From assembly GCA_023213395.1 (NCBI GenBank), contig CM041465.1, forward strand, positions 154,883,741 through 154,947,740: 64,000 nt of DNA, given 5' to 3'. Each line of letters begins with the position of its first letter. Position 1 is the stretch's first letter. The stretch is from Cycas panzhihuaensis. Lineage: Eukaryota > Plantae > Cycadophyta. The notes beneath the pieces were generated by a model. The model worked only from the letters and a program-made list of their open reading frames with translations. It had not been told where the DNA came from and searched no databases. Of the stretch, positions 27,231 to 40,977 are shown in pieces. The translations under genes and the position numbers were made by a program.

Positions 27231-27389
27231 AAAGTAATGATATAAAGTATTTGCACCATGTGCTTGAGGAATCTAGAATCCTTATAGGGAGCATGTATAA
27301 TCATGTATCCATGTGTGATAAGGGACCCCTTAGAAGTTTGAAACTTTCCTCTATCAAAGATATATAGTATAATAGGCATGTGAGACTAC

Positions 27390-29730
27390 CATACCCTCTT
27401 GTGGTATCCTCTCTTGGACCACCTGCTCCCTTACCCGGAGACTATATACCTCCCAGGATCCTCCTCCTCCTCTATCATGAGGTCCCAACCTTATTCTCCT
27501 CATCTCTATCCCTCCTCTATGATAACATCACTATATGGGTCCTACTACATGAGGATCAAGTAGCCATCTAATCGACCAAGAGATCATACCTCTCTTGGAG
27601 TTGATCCTTGATACCCACTAGTCAATCCCTCTACATCTCGTGGAGCCTCTCCTCTAGTGCGATGACCCTCACATCACTGAGAGCATCCCCAACTCCTCCT
27701 TAGGCCTCTGGTCCTTGCACCCTAGCTCATAGCTAGTCCCTCTCACCCTAGAGCTAATCCTTCTCTCCTTGTAATTGATTTCCCTTATCTCATAGCTGAT
27801 GGGCCTTTGCAACCCACGTATCTCACATTTGCATGAGTGGAGCAAAAGTTGTTGTATGCCTCTTTGTTGACCTAGGCTCCTCACCAACTATGATGGGAGG
27901 ATGCCCCTCTTTGTATACCTGTGGGAAGAGCTCAGCAACCACCTACCTAATCAGCTCTCCCATTTCATCTTCACCTGCCATCCATACACAACAAGGTATT
28001 AGTAGGAGTATATCCAACAATCCATCAAAACCAAAGGATATCAAATAAACTCTATGAGCATCAAATGACTAAAACTAAGAGCTAGAGCTAGAATAAGAGA
28101 GGATATCTCACCTCTTGGGGTGACTAACACATTCACAGTTGCCACATCTATAGCTACAACCACAACCTCCTCCTCTCCTAGCTCCTCCTCTCCCCTTAGA
28201 GCACCTGGTGCATCACCTCCCTTTACCTCCTTTGCTCTGAGGATCTCTTCTCCACTTATAGCTACAACTATCTTTGTCGCTACTACTATTACTGATACTA
28301 CCTTTGGGTCTCTACTAGTAGCTCTCTTATCTACCTCGTCACCTCTTGACTCCTCTTTAGGAGTGTTAGTTTCCTTACCTCCCTCCTCATCACTCCCCCA
28401 ATGGATGGAATGATATGGATAACTGATATAGTTACCCATTATGAGGAGATCTAGGGATGTCACCACCATCAACTACCTAATATGTGTTGGCTCCTCCATG
28501 ATCTTAAATCGAGTTTGCCACCTGTGTACCATTGGAGCATGAGCTGATATAAGCTGGGAACCTGTCGCTTGAGATACTCCATAGAAGTGGTTAAAGAACC
28601 ATCACAGAAGGAGGGTGCAAAATGATAGTCCTCCTCATATGACTTTCTAGATCTAATCAAGTTGGGCAATGAGATTGGCCACTATTAAAGTAGCTTAATC
28701 GAATCACTCCCTATACTCGTACCTCTAGACTATTGCAATCCATCCTCTAGGGATGTCTTTGTAATTCTATTTCTAGGAAATCTAGAATAGAATAGTAAAT
28801 ACAATCATCTTCCTCACGTGAGGAATCCTAGACATAACAATCATCCTCTAAGGTATCCCCCTCTAGTCCCACCAATCCTAACCTATGAAGAATTAAGCTA
28901 CCTTGTGATGAGTAACATCCGTACTAGGAAGGGTCCCCAGTGCTGCTAGTCAACACCTGTCTAGTACCCTTAAGATCCTCCTAACACATACAAGAGTCAC
29001 AGTGACATCCTCCACTTGATGGAGATGGAACACATGGCACCTAAAATCCTAGTGGGAAATAATATCCACTAGGAAAACCTAATCTGATGCATACTAGGGC
29101 ATCTGAATGATTTTCTTAAGCCTGCAACATTGTAGAAAGACCCTTTCTAGCCTCTCTAGTAGATGTACAAATCTAACCATCACTCTACCTATATTCTTAC
29201 GGTTGTCAACCATGATAATGGGTTATGAAAAGCAATAAAATATTCAACATCATTAGCCAAACTCCACTTTGCTAACCAAAACTCTCTCATATCATTAAAA
29301 ATAGAGAAAATTATCTAGAAATTGGCAAAATTTCTAAGTTTTTTCTTCTTTTCTAACTATTAGCCTGCCACTGCTAATATATTCGTAGTACTACAAATAT
29401 CTTAGTAGGCCTCGTAGGCTAAACTCTGCCCCATGAGAAAGTTTGCGGCACCATGAACAAATTCACAGTCCCATGATGTGCCCCTCCAAAAATAAGAAAA
29501 ACAAAAAAAAAAAGAAAAAAATTATTGTTTTGTGGACTAAAGCTAGTCCACTGGGACTAGGGCTTTCTAATGCCCTAGTCTAGCCCCTCTTAAGTCCTCA
29601 AACTGGTCCCAGAAGGCCCAATTTATCTACTAAAAGCCTAGAAATATTAGAAAAAGCATTAATGACTAAAATCAAAATTGAAAAGCTAAGGCCTAGATCA
29701 ACATACCAGATCATGCCTAGTTATTGCCAT
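27390..29730 (-). pseudogene. Antisense intron-containing Plant Mobile Domain (aminotransferase-like) gene of element A
   Basis: Exon 1 MAITRHDL|GTATGT (29730-29707); exon 2 from 29222 includes LVDIISH*DFRCHVFHLHQVEDVTVTL; second donor at 28111 and acceptor at 27975. Colinear with 62213-63930. The 3' end is approximate. Confidence 0.8.
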
Positions 29731-30452
29731 CTCTCACTCCTAGACTCGATGTCTCTCTCTGCACATTGATATGATGGTCTGATCTCATCCACTGAGTACT
29801 TGATGGGGTGAAACATTGAGGTGACAGAGGTGCAAAGCTCCCAAATTGCATGAGGTCACATGAAAATGAATATCATTTCCCCCCCTTGTCCTTCCTTTTA
29901 TATATAGGGCCCCCGAGTTACTGTGCCCTTTTTCTGCCACAGAAAAGTTGCCAGGACTATCTCCCCTATCTTATCTTTGATTCCTTCATGACCCAGGCCC
30001 AATTCTAATCCTAAATGCACTTTTTTTCTGCCATTTTATGTGTTTATGACACCCTTTTTGCTCCTACATGAGCCCTCTCCCCCTTCTTTTTTAACTACCC
30101 AAAATGGTACTAGTGTTTATACTCCATAGGTTCGTTTTGATATACTAGACCTATTTTTGTGACTATTCTAGCTCACTAGGGCTCCTAACAAGAGTTCCCC
30201 CCTTGCTCTAGCCTCCTTATTAGCCCCATACTAACATTCTAATCTTGTACTTGGATTAATTCCCTGATGACTCCTTGCCTTCCATAAGGCGAGCCCTCCG
30301 TTATCCAAGTAGCCTACTAGTAGGGATCTCCTTTCCTCTTATGCTCACCTTTTTGAGTTGACGTGAGTAGTTAAGCTTTAGTTCTCCATATTTCTTTTAC
30401 TTTACACACTCCTCTTCTAGACTTTTATAAATCTTATCTCTCCTTCTATGCC

Positions 30453-30884
30453 ATGGCTCTCTTCATTTACACTGATGGTGGTATCCATGGAAACTCGAGA
30501 CCCTCTGCAGCTACCTAGATCATCTGTGATCCTTCTAGATATGACATCATGTGTTTTAGGATGTACGTACTTGAGGCCATAAATAATAAACTAGAGTACA
30601 CTACCATTATAGAGGCTCTCACCGATATGCTTTGCTTCCACTGTGGCCCCATTATTCTATTCTACAATTCTCAAATCATGGTGTCATAGCTAACTTAGGT
30701 CTACCAAATCATTTGTCCTCAATTGAGGTCCCTCACCTCAACTATTAAGTCACTTTTATCCTCTTTTCCTATGGTAGACATCTAGCATATCCCTCATGAT
30801 CAAAATGCTGAAGCAGATAGCTTAGTTCGTCTCATTCTTAAGCATCATCTCCCCCTCCTAGACGATCCTTCCCAGGCAACCTAA
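30453..30884 (+). pseudogene. Stand-alone archaeal-type RNase HI (aRH) of element A
   Basis: MALFIYTDGGIHGN...NNKLEY...HIPHDQNAEADSL; its own ATG, 143 codons, several stops. Confidence 0.85.
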
Positions 30885-31502
30885 CAGGTTGGCTCCTTAT
30901 ATAAACCTTTGGATTATCATCTATTCCTTATTGTAACTACTATCACACCTCTGAAAATAGGCCATTGATGAGGCTAAACTATGGTGACCATAGGGTTGTT
31001 TCTTTACTTGGCATTTGTATCATCTGTTATACAATTTTTATATGATCTTTGACTACATTTACATCTTCGTGGATTATGTTTATATTATTTCAAGATTATA
31101 TTTATACCATGTCTATCTTACATGCGAAGGTGATAGGGCATCACACTATCCCCTTTCCTCTCCTACTACTCTCTTGTTTTCCATAGGAATTCTGATCCCA
31201 TTTTGTTCTTCAGTGTCATGAAACTCACCTAGGTGTCACCATCGAGAACCCCCAAGTTACCTTCTCATCATCCTATGTATGACTTGGGTCTAGGGCTTTG
31301 TATCTTGAGGATCGATTAAGCCACACTTCCTCTTCCTTGCCCAAACATATGTTTCCTATCCACATGATCCATTGTGACACTCGCCACCTACCTTGGGTAT
31401 CAACACATGAGTTTCACATACTATTATTAATGAGATTATGTTGACAGCATTCACCATCATTTGATGCTTATGAGGGATGAGGTTTTGTTTCCAAGGGGGT
31501 AG

Positions 31503-34500
31503 TGTTTTATGTCTACCAGGAATGGATCAAGACACCATCGCATAGGTATGATCAATTATATACCCTATCACTTGCACTCTATCACATTCTTAAGGCCATT
31601 ATAGTGTATGATGTTTATATGGATACCTGAGTACTTGATTGATTTATTTGATTAGCTTGCCTATGCACGAATTTTTACCTATGATGACTAGGACTCTAGT
31701 CCAATGGCATGATAGTTCCCTGGTGATCTCCCTCCTAGCTATAGGTGATCTCCCTCTCAGCTACAAGTACTCATGGGCCTCCATAGCCTAACTTATATAC
31801 ATCTCAACCAACTATGTTACATCTTCCCTTTCTTCTCTCTATCTCATCTATCCCTCGATATATCCATGGTAATTTATTGAGAGTTTTAGTAAGTAGGTGT
31901 CCCCCCATTACTTGCTTGTTATGAGATTTCCATTTATATCTCATCAAGATTTACTACTTGGCCTCTCTTTATATTTTGGCACCTTTATTATCACCATTTT
32001 CATGATGTTTTGACACCATTAAGTGATTTTATCATGTGTTTGTACAAGTTGTTAGTATGTAGAGTGGTCCTAAGTTAGTGCATAGACCTCTAAGGAGGAG
32101 TCCCAGGCCTCTACTAAGGCATGCTTCCTCTTTCTCACCTTTTTCATTATGTATTTTTATTATTTTATGTTTTGTCACTAACCCATAGCCATTTCTTTCT
32201 GCCCCATCCTAATTATTATGCACTACTAATATGTTAGTGGTGCTGCTAATATATTATAAGTGTTGCAAATAAGTTCATGGTGTCACTGTTATGTGGCTAG
32301 CCGCAGCTAGAAATATCTAGTTCTGGTAATTATAATTGGATGATGCACTATCCTACCTTAAGACTTGCCCAAATTGGGTGCTAACAACCCTGAGGCCTCC
32401 CCAAATGAATAAAAATCCCAAATTTTAATTCATTTGGAGATTTAATCAATCAAGAAAGCATCATATCATCATTTTTTATAGGAAACATGTTCTCTTCTCC
32501 TATTCTCTCTTCTCCAACTGTCTTCCACTCCTCCTACACATAAGAATTATAGGTTTCTTCCATAAGTAAGGAGAGGGAAACCCAAGAGCAAGCCAAGCTA
32601 AGCAAGGAGGCCTTTCAATAAAGAAAATAGCAAGGGATCTCCTTCTTTCCTTCATAAAATAGACACGTTTCTTCTCCTCTAACATTACTCCTCACCTAGA
32701 GCCATTAATCTTGTATGGTAAATCTATTTTTTCTAATTTTCCTTTATAAGAATCTCTCTTTTTATGATTTATTCCTTGTTATTTTTAGGTATATGACCCT
32801 AGATTTATGCTTAGATTAGTTTTGTATTGATTTAGGCCATCTTTCACTTAGTACAAGGAGGCAATAGCTTTTTCTCACTACTCTATTCATCCTCCACACA
32901 CCAAATCCATTGGCCTATATAAATAAAGAAGCCAAACCAAGCTAAGTGAGCCTTTGAAGAGGTACATAGGCTAGATTTTTGACAACTAAAGCCACCTTTC
33001 ACTTGGGTAATCCCCTCCCCCACTTTTTGAGGTGTCTTTCCTTATGTTCCACCACTAGTTTTAGGATTTTGGTTTGTTGTGAGGCCTATACACATGCCTA
33101 TTGACATTGTATTTACTTATAAACCCTATCCAAGTGAGTTATCTATAGCTCATAGGGATTCACCACTATTTAGAGGAGATTTCTATCCTGAGGTAACATC
33201 CCTTTTTTCCTCTTTTTAGATATATGTTATGATCATTACACACAAATACAAAAATCACTAAACAAGAAGTATATAACATTGTATTTATTTCTCCTTTAGT
33301 TTATAAATCAGCATACTAATGTTGCTTATCAAGGACACACACACACATACGCACACACACACATATATATACATATCTTGCTTATGGGAAGACTTGCTCT
33401 CTTCTATGCTATAGGTTGGAGATTGTTTTTATAAATCAAGTGACATATTACAAAAAGGTAATATTTCATTTATTCTAAGTTTTACTTTCACTTTATTTCC
33501 ATTTTTATTCTTGTATTATTTCTTGATTAGGGATAATAATTAAGCCCTATTTGGAGGTTAGGGGAAGGTAAGGAAGCCCCTCCCTCTAACTCCAATGAAT
33601 TTTTTGATAACCAGTGGAAATAAAGGTAGTGACAACATGTGGAGATGCATTATGAGGAGCAACAACAAGGGGTGCTACAAAATGTAGCACCAGACATCAC
33701 AATCAGGTGAACTCTTTCTTACACACCCTTCTCCTTCTCTCTTTCTCCCCAATTCCATTTCTCATTTTATATAATCAAGGAAAAGAAAATAAATATTTAG
33801 AAAAGTTTCCTTTAAGTACATGTCATAAAAAGGGAAGAGGAAAAAGCGTACTTTTTGTATACATTTTAAGAAATATTCATTAGATCCTTCATTTCCCAAA
33901 GAAGCCAATCCTCCTCTTACTAAAGATGATGCATACCCATGTAAGGCAACACCTTGAGTTGAACCTATCCCTTTCCTCCTCCCATACCTTTAGCCCTCAT
34001 TACATTCATTTAGAGGCAAAAGAGATTGGGGGGACCAAAGAGGGAAAGAGTTATACATTTGTTTTATGTGCTTGTTTTGGTCTTTTGCACATTTTAATTC
34101 TTTAGAAGTAGCCATCTTTATATGAGTTTGAAATGACGCCTCAAAGCTAGATAAACAAGACCAAACCGCACCTTACAACATAAGAGTTTGTAAACTCAAA
34201 GATCACTCTACTCCTTTTGGTAACCTAGAAAGACTTCATAACTTAATTGCCATGAGATATTCGCAGCTTTCCTCTACCCTTTTTCTTTTACATACCTATA
34301 CCATCCTATTCTTCTTGTTACTCAAGAAAAATTTGCAACTCAGTTGCTTCTTAGATAGTTGCAACATTCTCTCCTTCTTGGAGACTCAACACTCAAAACC
34401 CTACCCCATTTTTGACAAACTTCTAGACTTTGAGTAGGCTTATTAAAATTGCCTCCCATCTTATTATCACTCCTCTGCTTCTTTGCTTACCTCCTTCTCT

Positions 34501-34783
34501 GAAAGTAGGTCTAGCTCCTCTTCTCTCCCTCTGAGGATAGGAGAGCTCTTTTGAGGCTATTCAGCTACCTAAAGACATCTTGTTGCCTAATTTAAACCAA
34601 GAAACATATCCAGAAGGAAGAGAAGGTTATTACACTATTTATGGATCCCTAAACATGTGTTCCAATGCACAAATGGCCTTTAAGGATGACCTATCCTTCT
34701 TCAAGGCCTCTAGGCCCTTTTCATAGCCTTAGTGTTTGTCTAAAGGACCATATCTATAATGACTCCCCAAAGGTGTGCTTCCA
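31503..34783 (+). repeat. 3' LTR of element A
   Basis: TGTTTT...GGTGTGCTTCCA, following the PPT. Confidence 0.9.
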
Positions 34784-36241
34784 ATGAATGGCTGAAATAA
34801 TGTATCATTATGTTATTTTTTATCAAAACAAGAATAGAAAGGCTTGAAAACTACTATATACCTATCAGGCTATACATTGTTTCTTAGCTCCCAAGAATGG
34901 GGACTTGGACAATTAACTATGCAAGTTAATTATAGGTATATCTCTATCATTTTACACTCTTTTCATTGATATATGTATATTGAGTTTTTGTGGTAGATAT
35001 ATGCTTGTTATTTTACTTGTTGATTGAGTCATGTCTCTCATTTTTGTCAATGGTAATTAAGACACCTATCTATAGCCATGATGTCCTCTACTAGTATTCT
35101 TAAGTTGGGAAAATAGTACCTCCCCAGCTACATGCAATCGGTTTCTAATTTAATTTATTATTTTTTTACTATTTTATCTTGTCTTTACTTTATTCTCACT
35201 CAATAGTAATAGATCGGTGCCTCTAGGTTCCCCTTTTATAGGTTTGCCTATCTATATCAAGAAAAAATGATGAAAAGTATTTTTTACTACTGTACAACTA
35301 TGATTTTTGTTTATATTTACTGTACCACAAAGTATTTTATGGTACCATAAACATATTTATGGTATCACAAAATAATTCATGCCATGATTGTCACCAACCT
35401 AGATTTGAGTTTAATAATAATAGTCCACTCATTAATGAGCTAAATCTCCAACCTGATAGGCCACGTCAACACCAGGTCATCTCGTACCAATGTTGAGAGA
35501 CTAAACATGCCTTAAATATCCCATTTCCTAGATTTTTTCTTGGTTTCGTCACTCAAAATATTTCAAACCATGAGCATAGTTCATGGTTTCTAGTTGGTGA
35601 TTTTCCCCATATTGTGGGTAGAAAAGAACCACCCCCTCACCTTGGATTTTGCTATAAAACCTCCCTTTTCTTCCAAAGAAGGAGGAGGTGAAATCATTTT
35701 GCAAGGAAGATACTGTGGAGATGCTATCAAAATTCTATTAGAACTACTAGCTTTTAGGAGCACTACTATCGATTCATTGTAAGGATTAGGAGCACACATT
35801 TAATGTTGCTTAGAGAGGCCTTGAGGGAGATTTCTTACTATCATTGGCCATCATCTTCTAATAAAGGGATTGGTAATCCACTCTCTAAGCCTTAAGGTAG
35901 CCTTCTTTTTCTTGTTTCATGTTGTTTACATCATGATATCAGAATGTTAGATGGTTTGGTGCTAGGTTGTGTCTTTATTGTATCTTCTCACATTCTCATC
36001 TTTGATTGCATCCTTTGTTGCTTCATTTTGCTTTCCATTTTGCTTGTCCCACTTAAATGGGTTCGCAAGCCAAGGGGGAGATTTCTTAAGTAGAATTTAG
36101 AAAATCATATATATATGGGATGATGCAATTCTAAGTTCCTTCAATCCTTCCTTATCACTTTGTTTATATACTCAATAGTTCATGGTTGATCTTCACTAGC
36201 TTTTAAGTTTATGTAGTGTTTTCATTGCTTCCTATTTGAAT

Positions 36242-36245
<4 letters not shown>

Positions 36246-36295
<50 letters not shown>

Positions 36296-36312
36296 TGTAT
36301 GTATGTATGTAT
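36246..36312. repeat. (TG)n/(TATG)n microsatellite within LTR B
   Basis: Seen directly. Confidence 0.95.
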
Positions 36313-39300
36313 CATTATAGGAGAAAGTCACTTGTATGAAGGAGCAAAACATAGAATTTTTAAGGCCTGGATTTAACACATTCAGATAAGAGTGTTTGCC
36401 ATCACTAGCCATTGTACCTACATATTATAGAGGTAAGTGGTCATCCTATTGATTTGTAATTTCTCTTGAATTAGTTGAATTTACACTTTCTTTTTCCATC
36501 ATAAGGGTATCCAATAAGCAGAAATTGTCAAATTTCTCTTAGGGGCAGGTACATTAGCCCCCTCCTCCCTTTCTACATCTAGCAAGTAGTGATTGTGGAT
36601 GTCAAGCTCTCTCTTCATCAAGCATCTATTGTTATAGGTACACACTACAACCTTTTCCATCTCTTGCAACCTAATCTTTATTAACTTTCTCTTTTAACAT
36701 TAAAAAAAAAAAGAAAAGAAAGGAAGATTAGAGAGAGAGGTTAGGAAGAGCAAAAGAAGAAAAGGAAAAAGAGAGAGAGGTGTATTTTCACTTGGCTACT
36801 TTCCTTTACCTTTTGCCTTTCTCATACTTTCCCACTCCCATTCTAAAAAAATATATTTAAAAATAAAATCACAAAAAAAGAGAGAGGAAAAAAAGTTCAT
36901 TTTATTCTTTTCTTTTGTCTTTTGTAGCATTTCTTTCCTTCTTTTACCATTTTGCTTGCATCAAGCTAACCCCCCTCTTTTCCAAAAAAACAAAGAAACA
37001 AAAGAAAAATAGAAAAAAAAAAAGGGAGAGAGGACATGCATGCATATACACATTTAGTCTAGTCATTGGATCTCATTAGCAAGAGCCTGAGCGAAGGGAG
37101 GGATCACACGATTGCGGGTCCTCGAACCTGTGGGGTTATATTATTATACTTAGATAGGGCTACCTCTTTTTGTATTTCATTAAAGAAAAGAAAGCATGTA
37201 GATGCATGTATGCGTCGACCCTAATTTCTTCTAAATTACCATAGGCCCCTTTATATTATAAATTAGGAACACACACATGCACAAACCAATAATTAGGTTG
37301 CCCTAAGATAGTCATACTCCCATTACTTAGTTTAGCCATAAACCCTGCATTCGCATCTAAGAGGCACACTTGTTCCTTAAGCTAGATGTCAAATTGCCCT
37401 CATCCTCCAAACTCGTCACCCATGCCTTAGGCTTGTTTAGTTAGGTTTATCAGTATCATTATATGCCTCACTTTAGCACACTTCATTTGTGACCATACTA
37501 GGGACTCACCAATTGGAAGCTTTGTGACATAGCCACACTCTTCCCTTTCCTTCCCTTTTTATTCTTGCTATCCAGGGTGACTTTTCTCTTATTTAAGAAA
37601 GGACCTATGACTTCTCTACTACATTTATATGATTCCTTAGGTATCTCAAAACCTATAAATATGTCACTTATCATGCTGTTTATGTGGTTTCCCACCTTTA
37701 GAAATCCCCTCCATATATACCTCCATTGAGTCAAGTGACTAAGAGTCACCAATCGAGAGCTACCTGGATAGTTGGGCTAATTAGCCATATGCCTAAGAGT
37801 GGCCTTAACTAGAGGCTTAATACCCCTATGAGGGCACCACTCATGCTAGTGATGATCCTTTTCATCAAATACCTTCTCAAGAAGAACCCTATCCTAGCTC
37901 CTCATTTTTATCTACTAAAGGAGCCTCATGTTTATAACCATGCCTTACATCCTGAGCATGTGTTAAATCATTATTCAACTTACCCTGGTCATGATGGTGA
38001 GACATCATCCTCCCATGACCCAACCATATCACTCCTAGGAATGCAGTCGAAGCACTAAAGGAGTGTTTCAAAGTCATTGCTAGCTAACCTCCACCAAGGT
38101 GGCTACAACAATTTCTATCTAGTACTACCTTAACCTCTTCTATAATTCCCCTGCCTTCCTTTGTTCAAATGCTACCTCCCACTTTGTCTAATAATGTCAC
38201 CCCTGCACCCTTACCTTCAACCATATATGTAGAAACTAATCTAATGCAAGGTGCACATCCCCTACAAGAAGGGGCAAATGCACCCCTATTTATACTTCTA
38301 TCCCACCATCCACTACCTTGCATCTACACATTGTCCTTACCATACCCACATAAATGTGTTACCTGGGTAAGGAAGTTTCCCCCCTACCCATCCACATCCA
38401 TATGTGGTAGACCCATCCTTATATATTCCCCCAGGATACACGTTATTGCCTTAGGGGCATGGGGGTTCTAACCCTCTCCCTATATATGGAGTCGATCCCC
38501 TTCACTCGTATGGGGTAGCTCCTCTTGTTGGAGGGCCATTCAAGCAAAACCCATTGCCCCCTCTTTCTTCCTAACTAATTTTACCACCTTCATATGGGTT
38601 TCCTCCTCATGGGGGTCATTCCCCCATTTCCCATTTTATGTTTTATCTATCCACTTATCTTAGTTCTTATTATGGCACCCAACCTCCTTACTTCCTCACC
38701 TAAGTGATAGATAGAGACATCCTTGACCCCTTCCTTATCCATCATAACCTTATAGGGGACCAACCCCATCCTCGCTTTAATTAGGAGGAGTTGTATATAC
38801 CCATCCATCTAATCCATATTATCACCAAGGTCAACTACCCTACTATTATCCTGCTTATTCACCCTATGTGGATAATGGGTACCCTTATTGGGGACCCACC
38901 TATTCTCCCACCCACCTATTAATCCAACTAGGGATATACCTATTTATTAACTATAGGTTGAGTCCCATTTTGGTTGAGGCCCTCCAAACTAATTTACCTC
39001 CACATCCTCTAGAAGCACCCAAATTTGATGGCACTTCCTCCTAGGACCCAATCAATCATGTTAGGTCTTTTTCCATAGCATGCATCAATTATTGGGCCTA
39101 CAATCACATATTAATGAAGCTTTTCCCATGGTCACTTCAAGGCAATGACTTGAAATAGTTCTATCACCTCCTATCCCAATTAATTTCTACCTTCCAATAA
39201 TTAGTTGACACCTTTGTCAACTATTTTGATGTGGCTCAACCCTTTAAAAGTAGGGTGAAGGTGTTACTTTCCTTAAAGCAAGGCAATAAAGAACTAAACT

Positions 39301-40977
39301 GTGACTTTGTGCACTAGTTCTGTGACCTCCTCCATTCATCCAATGCCATATTGCTAGAAGAATTAAAGAGAGACAACTTTATAAATGTATTGCACCTCAA
39401 GGTATACACAAAGGTCCTTAAAATAGGGGCAACCACCTGTGAGCTAGCCATAGATAAATGCTTGGAATTAGAATCTATTGAGATCCAAGCTAGTCTCAAG
39501 AAGATCAGAAAGAACTCATAACATCGCGAGGCATTACCTCCCCTATGTGGTAACAAGCGGCAATAACAACAATGATCTAGACCTCCTATCATCTCAACTG
39601 ATAAGACCCTAGATCCTCTAACTTCTATCATGTGCTCATTTGAGTGAATGATTCATGACTTAAAGTTGCAACCCTCTTAAACCCCATAAGGTCCATATCA
39701 ACCATAACTTGGATATAAGTAAGTCCATCAAACTTCCCAAACTCTGTCACCTAAGAATGAGGGAACTTAAGCACCCTAAGTAAAGAGGATAAGGTCCCAC
39801 CCTAAAAAGAAATGGTGTTTAGTCCATGGGGAGTGCATGCACAATGACTTGAGGTGTTAGACATAACACCTTGAATTAGCACCCCACATGACCCTCTTCC
39901 TTAAGGTGCATCTAAACCAAACATAGAGCAACCTGTACACTATGACCCATTCTTCAATCATGATGAGCACGATTAACCTGCTCAATAACAAGGTAGGTGG
40001 ACTAGGAATAGGAGGCTAACTCAAACCCCTCTCATAGACCAATCAAAAGGAAAGGAACCTATAGATAGTTCCTTACCATGAACTCTAATCAACCAACCAA
40101 CCATGTCCTCTCAACCCAAAAATATAGGTAAAAGAATTATCTAGTTGCTCGAGACCACTCAAGTATATCCTATTATGAGGTCTCAAGCTGTTAAGGAGGC
40201 TAGGGAAGCCTCCACCTTATAACAACTCCCCCAAGGGGATTCTCCTCCCACAGAGATCCTTGTCATCCCTAAGACTATTTCAATCTACCCAAGATGCTAA
40301 GAATTTAGTTGTACTCTTCCCCAACCCACCAAGAAAGGGAAATCTTTCTCTATCATTAAGGAGCTCCATGGTATTTTAGTCGAGATGTCCATGATGGATG
40401 TTATGAAGAGTTGCCCTGATCAAAGGGCACTCTTATTAGAAGCATTGGGGTTCAACGAAGCCCCAATCTATTTTGTTGGCACCTCCTTATTACATGGACC
40501 TAACCTTATTATGTTTTACCCACACGACCTCCCTCTAGCTAATGTTAGGTAATTGTATTGGCACTATCCATTTACCATCACTATTGAGACACCCAACTTT
40601 ACCCTAAAGCAAACTGTTATAGACAACATCTCCTTAGTTAATATGATGCCTATTTGCATGCTCAAGAAGCTAGGTATTAAAGCTCTCAAATTGATTCCCT
40701 AAAGGTTCCAGGGATATGATAGGAGCAAAAAAGCTCCCTTACAAATGGTCAAGCTCTCCCTAACCTTAAAAGATAAGATTGTCCAAGCTGACATAGTTAT
40801 TTATCATATTGATGTCAACTACAACCTTTTATTAAGTCAACCATGGCCCAAGTAAATGGGAATCATGTGTTCATCAAGGTATGGTAAACTCAAATTTTCT
40901 TATCAATGACAAATCATAGTTGTTACACGTGAATTACCCCCAAACCACCTCTCTCATCATTCATGTCAAGTAAATTT

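Larger units (their letters stand above)
18233..34783 (+). mobile_element. Tat-type Ty3/Gypsy element A (RT deleted; carries the aRH/PMD cassette)
   Basis: Direct repeats 18233-21467 and 31503-34783; tRNA-Arg-like PBS TGGTGACCATACTAGGA at 21469; PPT AAGGGGGTAG before 31503; gag, PR, RH and INT remnants. The TSD is weak (CTAAA/ATGAA). Confidence 0.9.

Noticed and set aside
29115-29130. TTGCAG|G as the PMD acceptor in element A
   Set aside because: Protein similarity to element D extends ~100 nt further, to 29222.
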